Shown piece by piece: positions 48,820 to 54,902 of a stretch of 54,902 nucleotides of DNA; the first letter of the stretch is position 1, and each line of letters starts with the position of its first letter. The notes under the pieces are model-generated. The model made no database searches, was not told where the DNA came from, and saw only the letters and a program-made list of their open reading frames with translations. This stretch comes from Octopus bimaculoides. Taxonomy: Eukaryota. Location: NCBI RefSeq assembly GCF_001194135.2, contig NC_068981.1:155645618-155700519 (forward strand), read 5' to 3'. The translations under genes and the position numbers were made by a program.

Positions 48820-49600
48820 TAGAAAAAAAAACCACGAGAATAATAGAAAACATAAAAGCTAACCATAAAGTTTTCTACAGATCTGCAAAAGAAATGGCTT
48901 CAGTGCATTGCAAAATAAGATCATTGTCTGAAGGAAATGGCTCACTCGCAGAAGATTTTCAGAACGTAAGTGAAATACTAAATATGCAGCAATGCTTTCA
49001 ACACCATGCTGGTATACATGCAAACTGTTGATTCAAATAAGTTCTTCGTCTCTGTAACTTTGTATAGAGAATTGGCAAACATCAATTACATAGGTATAAG
49101 AAGCATAAATATATCTGACTTCGATAAAATTAGTCTCAACTCAGCAACAGACCCTTGTAGTTTCTTGACAAACAATTCTTTTAAAAACATAGATAAATCC
49201 AAACCATTTTAAATACCCTTTTATGTTTTCTTGGAAATGTTATCTTGCATGAAACTTAATATAACCTTTATATGAGATGAAACAGAGAAACAACGAGTTA
49301 AAAATCACAGGCCTATCTCTTTAACTTGAACATCAGCAAGTTCATAGCACAAATTATCTGAGAGAAGATATCGATTAGGTTCATAGAAGAGAATGACTTC
49401 CTGAGTGGCACTCAGCAGCGTTTCTACATAGCACCTGGTTATACAACATTATACGTAGGTATTGAAGCAACTGCCCTACTGTAGGGTCAAAAGTAAAAGA
49501 AAAAAAAAACTCACTGATGTTGTATACATGGACTTTATAATGGCTTCCGACAATATTTCGAGGAATAATATGCTATAAATTGCATGATCTCACTATTACT
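48820..49600 (+). mobile_element. Decayed CR1-clade LINE, RT N-terminal region
   Basis: KANHKVFYRSAK; KNHRPISLT (NYRPISLT motif); TDVVYMDFIMASDNI (DVxYxDFxKAFD motif); many stops. Confidence 0.75.
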
Positions 49601-49689
49601 AAAAATGCCACCGATTCATCTTTGTACCACTGGCTATTCTTATAAACACACACACACGTGCGCGCGCACACACACACATATATATATAT

Positions 49690-49950
49690 TTGTGTGTATG
49701 TGTGTGGTGCATGTGTGCACGTATACAAATATATGTGTGCATATTGTTCGTGTCTCTGTGCTTCTGTGCACGTGCTTATGCATGAGTGAGTGTGAGAGTG
49801 TATATGTGCGCGCGTGCGCGTTTACGTGTATGTGTGTGTGTGTGGTGCATGTGTGCACGTATACAAATATATGTGTGCATGTTGTTCGTGTGTCTGTGCT
49901 TCTGTGTACGTGCTTGGGCATGAGTGAGTGCGTGTGTGTGCGTGTGAGTG
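49690..49950. repeat. Tandem duplication of a ~135-bp TG-rich unit
   Basis: gtgtggtgcatgtgtgcacgtatacaaatatatgtgtgcat...ctgtgcttctgtg..gcatgagtgagtg occurs twice in direct orientation. Confidence 0.9.
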
Positions 49951-49953
49951 TTT

Positions 49954-49993
<40 letters not shown>

Positions 49994-50876
49994 ATGTATA
50001 ATTTTATTTTATATACTTTTTTTCATTTTAGCTAAGATTAATTTTATTTCTTAAATAACGGTTACATACATCAAATTAGCAAAGATCTTTTTAATGGACT
50101 AGTAGTATAAGAAGATATTTCAAACATACTTTGAGATAACTTGTCTATACACAGTGTCCCCGAACGTTCATAAAAAAAAAATACATACTATTCATAGCTA
50201 CTATTTATAGAAGAAAATAATAATAAGTTATATAGATAAGTATATATAGAGAATGAAAACAGAATTGGCTTTTCTCCAACTACAAAAATCGTAAGATCAG
50301 ATTGGTTAAAGATACACTAAATCAGAGACCACACTTCAAGAAAAGAATTCCATTTCGCATTTTTTTTTTCTATTCAATACACTTTTCTGATTCGATTTAG
50401 CATTTGTGCGACATTGAAATTTTTTTTTTCCTTTTTTAATTTCCGAACTAAAAGCACACTCCTCTTCCTATTTGTCCTTCACTCGTGGCCAGACCATTCG
50501 AAATGATATATTGGCGGGAGTCATATACAGAAATGAGTAGAATGTGGATAAATATAGCTAGAGTCTGGTCACTACGGATACGTCAGTGTGATGATTCCAA
50601 AAAAGGACGAAATAGTCTCATACAAGGCTACAATCGACAAGAAATTTAATCTTTATAATGCTTGGGAAAAATAAATATTAAGTGTACATACTTTGTACAC
50701 TTTCTTTTTTAACTTTTGATTTAAATTTTGGATTTTCAAAGCGTCTTTAACTTAGTCCAGAAGGGTTTGTTTCGCCTATAATAACTGACCATCGGCTATA
50801 CACCACGCATTTAATCTATAAATAATAGCTATATGCTAACTACTTGGAGATTGTGGGTTCTTTCTTGCCCACTCAG

Positions 50877-50994
50877 ACATCTAAGTTACATGCGCACTGA
50901 TTATTTTGAGTACCTCGCTGATGTGGAAGACATGGATGATATGAAAGCCGAAGATAGTCAGGGCAATGGGGTGCTGGAGGGTCAATACTCATGT
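50877..50994 (+). CDS. Candidate internal coding exon of unknown gene (HLSYMRTDYFEYLADVEDMDDMKAEDSQGNGVLEGQYSC)
   Basis: Branch-like GCTAAC at 50835, pyrimidine tract TTCTTTCTTGCCCACTCAG acceptor, GTGAGC donor, 118 nt, one open frame, higher GC than flanks, no repeat recognised. Product not recognised. Confidence 0.35.
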
Positions 50995-51067
50995 GTGAGC
51001 AAATTTCTCTTATTTGTTTCTTGTGTTTTTACTTTATATGTTTCAACAACAACAACAACAATAATAA

Positions 51068-51530
51068 TATGCCGTGGCTCTCATGGCTTCTGATCTTAAC
51101 TGATTGGAAGTGTTATCATGTACATTGTTTTGTCTTGGTATAAAAGATGGGCTACAGCAAATATTCTGCTCAATACCACAGATTTGCTTGTCAATTGTTT
51201 GACCTTAATCAGTTGAGCATGTCCCTTGGTGGCTGACGACATGTGCATCTCTGATTGCGAGCAGAAGTAGAAGAGGAGTATCATAGTCATGTGTTGAGAG
51301 GAAATCTTTGGTATTTGGATAATTCACCTCTGGAAACATGGTTGTTTCGTTCAACATCCTTAAACAATTCTCATTCAGGAACTTTTTGAGCCGGATGGGT
51401 TGCTCAACCTGAAGAAAATTCTAACTGGACCCCCACCTGCAAGGTCATGTGCAGTTTATCTTGATATGAGATCGCCATGTTGCGCACATACGGTTGCGCA
51501 CATGTGCCTGGTGTACCCTTATCAGACGGG
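51068..51530. mobile_element. ~550-bp non-coding interspersed repeat, copy 3 (truncated)
   Basis: gtggctctcatggcttctgatcttaactgattggaagtg...gtacccttatcagacggg matches 21755-22915. Confidence 0.9.
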
Positions 51531-52729
51531 CTAGATACTGAACCTGAAAAAAATAAGTTACGAGGGCGATTTATTTTTTACTAAACCCTTTAAGGCAGTA
51601 ACCCAGCATGACTGCAATCCACTGGCAGAGACAAATGAAAGATAAAAGATAAAAGATAAATAATTCTTAAGTTTGTTTGTGATGCTACCGAAACATTAAA
51701 TATCTCTTCTTCTCAAGTTGCACCAATAAGCCTCCATATTTTTATTTTTTTGCTTTTCATGAAATTGACATTTCCCTCCAACATTGGCTACAACTAGACT
51801 TCTTTAATTCTAGTGTTTATATTTAATTATAAGCCATACTAACTTTACATCATCTTTTATATTTTAGTAAGAAGTAAAGTTTAGACATAAATGCAGTTTT
51901 CTTTCTTTTGATCAGGCGGTAATTTAGCGAGTGTTTACGTGAACATGAACTAATACAAGGTATACTTAACATATCATTTAAAATGATTTTTAGTTGATAA
52001 TCATCCAACAGAATTGTTACCAATGGTTACGAATTTGGAATTATCATAAACAGAACTGGATTGGTCACTTCATTAGTTGTTGCACCGATCTAAGTTTTGC
52101 CATAGCAATTTGCTGACAAATTGCTTCTATTCCATCAATTACTGTAAAGTAGTGATGTGACAGAAATATCAGATACGGTCGTTGCAAGATAAAATAATTA
52201 ACATCAAGTGAACAATCAAGTCAGATCACAGTCCATAGGACAAAATGATGTCGTCATACTATAGAAATAAATATATACAAAATTATGTTGAACATGATAA
52301 ATTGCCATTATGTGCTGAGATTTGTCAGAAGATATAAAGTGGTAAAAAAAATCGTTGTTAGCAATGAATATGCAAATATTCATTCCATATAAAGTAGTGA
52401 TATTGGGAAAATGATTCGGTCCCAACAAACGAAATGTTTATTTATTATAATCGCTAATCTAAGATATTTTCCTGTTAGTAAGTACCAACAGTAGGTGTTC
52501 AAGGATGTTGAGGTTAATAACAATTTGCAATTTAGTTTATAAATATTTTGGGTGCAGAGTCCTGTCATGCTCTTAAACCCCAATTTCCTCCGCCTTTCCA
52601 ATTTATTAATACAGATCAAAACTAACTACGCTCTATCAACATGCAAGGCTGTTTTGTTAACAGATTTACTGTAGTGCTCAATATACAAAGTATATCCACA
52701 GAAAATTAACCAGTATAGGGCAATGAATA

Positions 52730-53272
52730 TACTACTGAGAACCCTTTATAAAAATTGATGAACCGAAAGTGTTGCGAATTTCGGATTTTTTCGGATACGA
52801 TGCATATTTATATTTGCTCCTGTAAAATGGAACAGCTTCGGGGATGGAACCCAGATCTAAAAACAATATTTGTTTACATTTCATAGTATAACTTATACAT
52901 ATGCCCTGAATATAGTTTTAAACAAATTTATAATGATTTTTCATACATAATACCTTCAGAAAGACTAACACGTATGATGTCACGTTTTGATGAAATGGTT
53001 ACAGTATATGCGTTTGCATTTTACATTTTACTATGGTGTAGTATGTACCTTTTATTTTTTATCTTGTACTTGTTTCAGTCATTAGACTGCGGCCTTGAAG
53101 AGGTTTTTAGTCGAACCAATCGACCCCAGTACTTATTTTTCAAAACCTCGTACTTATTCTATCGGTCACTTTTGCCGAACCACAAGATACGAGGGCGTAA
53201 ACATACCAATACAGGTTGTCAAGTGGTAGCAGGGGTTGGACAAAAATAGACACAAATACACACACATGTATG

Positions 53273-53311
<39 letters not shown>

Positions 53312-53620
53312 NNNNNNNNNNNNNNNNNNNNNNNNNNNNNNNNNNNNNNNNNNNNNNNATATATATACATATATATATATACATATATATATATATACAC
53401 GACGGGTTTCTTTCAGTTTCCGTCTACCAAACCCACTCAAAAGGCTTTAGTTGACCCGAAGCTATAGAAGAAGACACTTTCCCAAGGTGCCACGCAGTGG
53501 GACTGAACCCGGCACCGTGTGGTTGAGAAGCAAGACTCTTACCACGCAGTCACGTCTCTGCCTATACAAGAATAAGACTTTTGGATTTGGGTGTTTTCGG
53601 ATAATGCATTTTCAGTACAT
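52730..53620. mobile_element. Tigger/pogo-type MITE resembling Tigger4 (Zombi), split by a CORE-SINE
   Basis: gaaccgaaagtgttgcgaatttcggattttttcggat, cttcgggatggaacccagatctaaaaac and cttatacatatgccctgaa match my recollection of the Tigger4b consensus; probable other end ttggatttgggtgttttcggataatgc at 53581-53620. Confidence 0.55.
53050..53565 (-). mobile_element. Full-length CORE-type SINE with internal (TA)n microsatellite
   Basis: Head with tRNA-like boxes and CORE (ccttgggaaagtgtcttc on the minus strand) at 53400-53565, (TA)n plus gap, tail at 53050-53260. Confidence 0.88.
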
Positions 53621-54084
53621 ATGAAACAACCGTTTGTATGATGGATGTGTAAAGTAACCATGACTAACTGGTGGAGAAATTTACTTCACAATGACTAGAT
53701 CCGATTCCACCAGACGGATAAGAATAGGGAAATTAAAGGATATCCGTCGGTTTCGACACTGAGTATTTAATTGTTCGATCAACTCCACTGCTAGCTATTT
53801 GAATTAACGTTTAAGTAGCTAAGTATTTCGCAAACAAGTGTATCCATACAGAAATTCATAGGATAAATCAGCGCAATACATTGTTCGACAAAGATGGAGC
53901 TTTGAATTACAGAGATAATCTTTGGTTCCACTTAAGAGTGCTGCGTACTAGATCATTTACACTTAAGCGTGCAGTCTAACCCTAAAACTCAACCCTAATC
54001 CAGATCAGGTCCTTTCACTGCGTAGACTACAAATACTACTGTAGACCACACGCTAAAGTAGCATTCAGTCTTCATAATGATTGT

Positions 54085-54230
54085 CTGCCCGGTTTCACTC
54101 ACAAGGCTTCAGTCGATACGAGGCTATAGTAAACGTTACTTCCTCAAGATGTCACGCTGTGGAATCGAACCTGGAACCTAGTGATTGCAAAGTAAACTCC
54201 GCATCCATTCAGTTATGTTGCGTTTATACA
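54085..54230 (-). mobile_element. CORE-type SINE head, degenerate
   Basis: ttcactcacaaggcttcagtcgatacgaggctatagt...gtggaatcgaacctggaacc. Confidence 0.7.
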
Positions 54231-54869
54231 GTCATCATACGAACGGACTGGTACTGTCTTTGATATATCAATGTCTCCACTGTTCTATACTAATTAATAT
54301 TCTGTGGATATATTTTACATAATAATCAATACACTAAACCTGTTAACATTAAACATATGCAAGTTAACGTTTTACTTCTTACATACCATTTAATCACGAG
54401 AAAAAGATAGTCTCCTTTTAATAAAAACACCGACATTATTTCAAGTGACTCGTCTTGAATTTCATTACTTTACATAACAAAACACAACCTGTTAGGAAAC
54501 TGTAATGTCCTGAGTTTAAATAGAAAATCTTATTGAATCTAGAAATTCTTGTGTAAATACCTCCTTCAGATAAGTTAAAATTGGTGGAAAGTTGTCATGT
54601 AACGATTTTAAGCATTATTACTATGTTAACTTGTTTATAACTTATATAATATTTATTTATAGTAGCGGAATGTAGTGTATTTTCTTAATCAGGTTAAACT
54701 CAGAAATTGGTTTTGGTTCCGCATGTTTTCAACAGAGATTTGAGAAATCTACAATCCAATGGGCGTGGGTGGCTTCTACAAAGTTACTAGATCTGTTAGG
54801 TCTAGCAACCAAATCCCTCTCTAATTACAGCCAGATATCTTTACTAAATGAAAATATATGTATTTAAAA

Positions 54870-54902
<33 letters not shown>

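Noticed and set aside
51916-51959. 44-nt plus-strand exon candidate downstream of 50877-50994
   Set aside because: Stops in all frames and a weak donor; does not extend the upstream frame.
1-54902. Genuine tRNA or rRNA genes, CRISPR arrays, prokaryotic operons
   Set aside because: tRNA-like boxes occur only as SINE heads without full cloverleafs; the periodic SINE stacks are diverged retroposons rather than repeat-spacer arrays; the sequence is eukaryotic.

Overview
Eukaryotic, AT-rich, repeat-dominated DNA with about ten N-gaps, most abutting (TA)n/(CA)n tracts. The repeat families look from memory like those of Octopus: a tRNA-derived SINE with the GGTACTTATTTTATCGACCCCGAAAGGATGAAAGGCAAAGTCGACC core, CORE-type SINEs, R4/Dong, Tx1-clade L1 and CR1 LINE fragments, and mariner, piggyBac and Tigger MITEs. 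No database search was possible, so species and family names are recognition-based. No intact protein-coding gene is visible and the window is probably intronic or intergenic. Nearly all listed ORFs are microsatellite or gap artefacts or decayed retroelement frames; one plausible coding exon lies at 50877-50994 (+). Best leads: (1) a complete type I hammerhead ribozyme motif on the minus strand (23898-24025) with a 20-bp stem II and a dimer-competent stem III, next to a ~100-bp-arm foldback that would base-pair over its catalytic core, in a Penelope-like pLTR; (2) two further hammerhead-like motifs; (3) 3'-tail similarity suggesting the abundant SINE is mobilised by a Tx1-clade L1; (4) a Tigger4/Zombi-like MITE; (5) an inverted-repeat element enclosing telomere-like repeats. 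Element boundaries are by eye and approximate unless terminal motifs are quoted.
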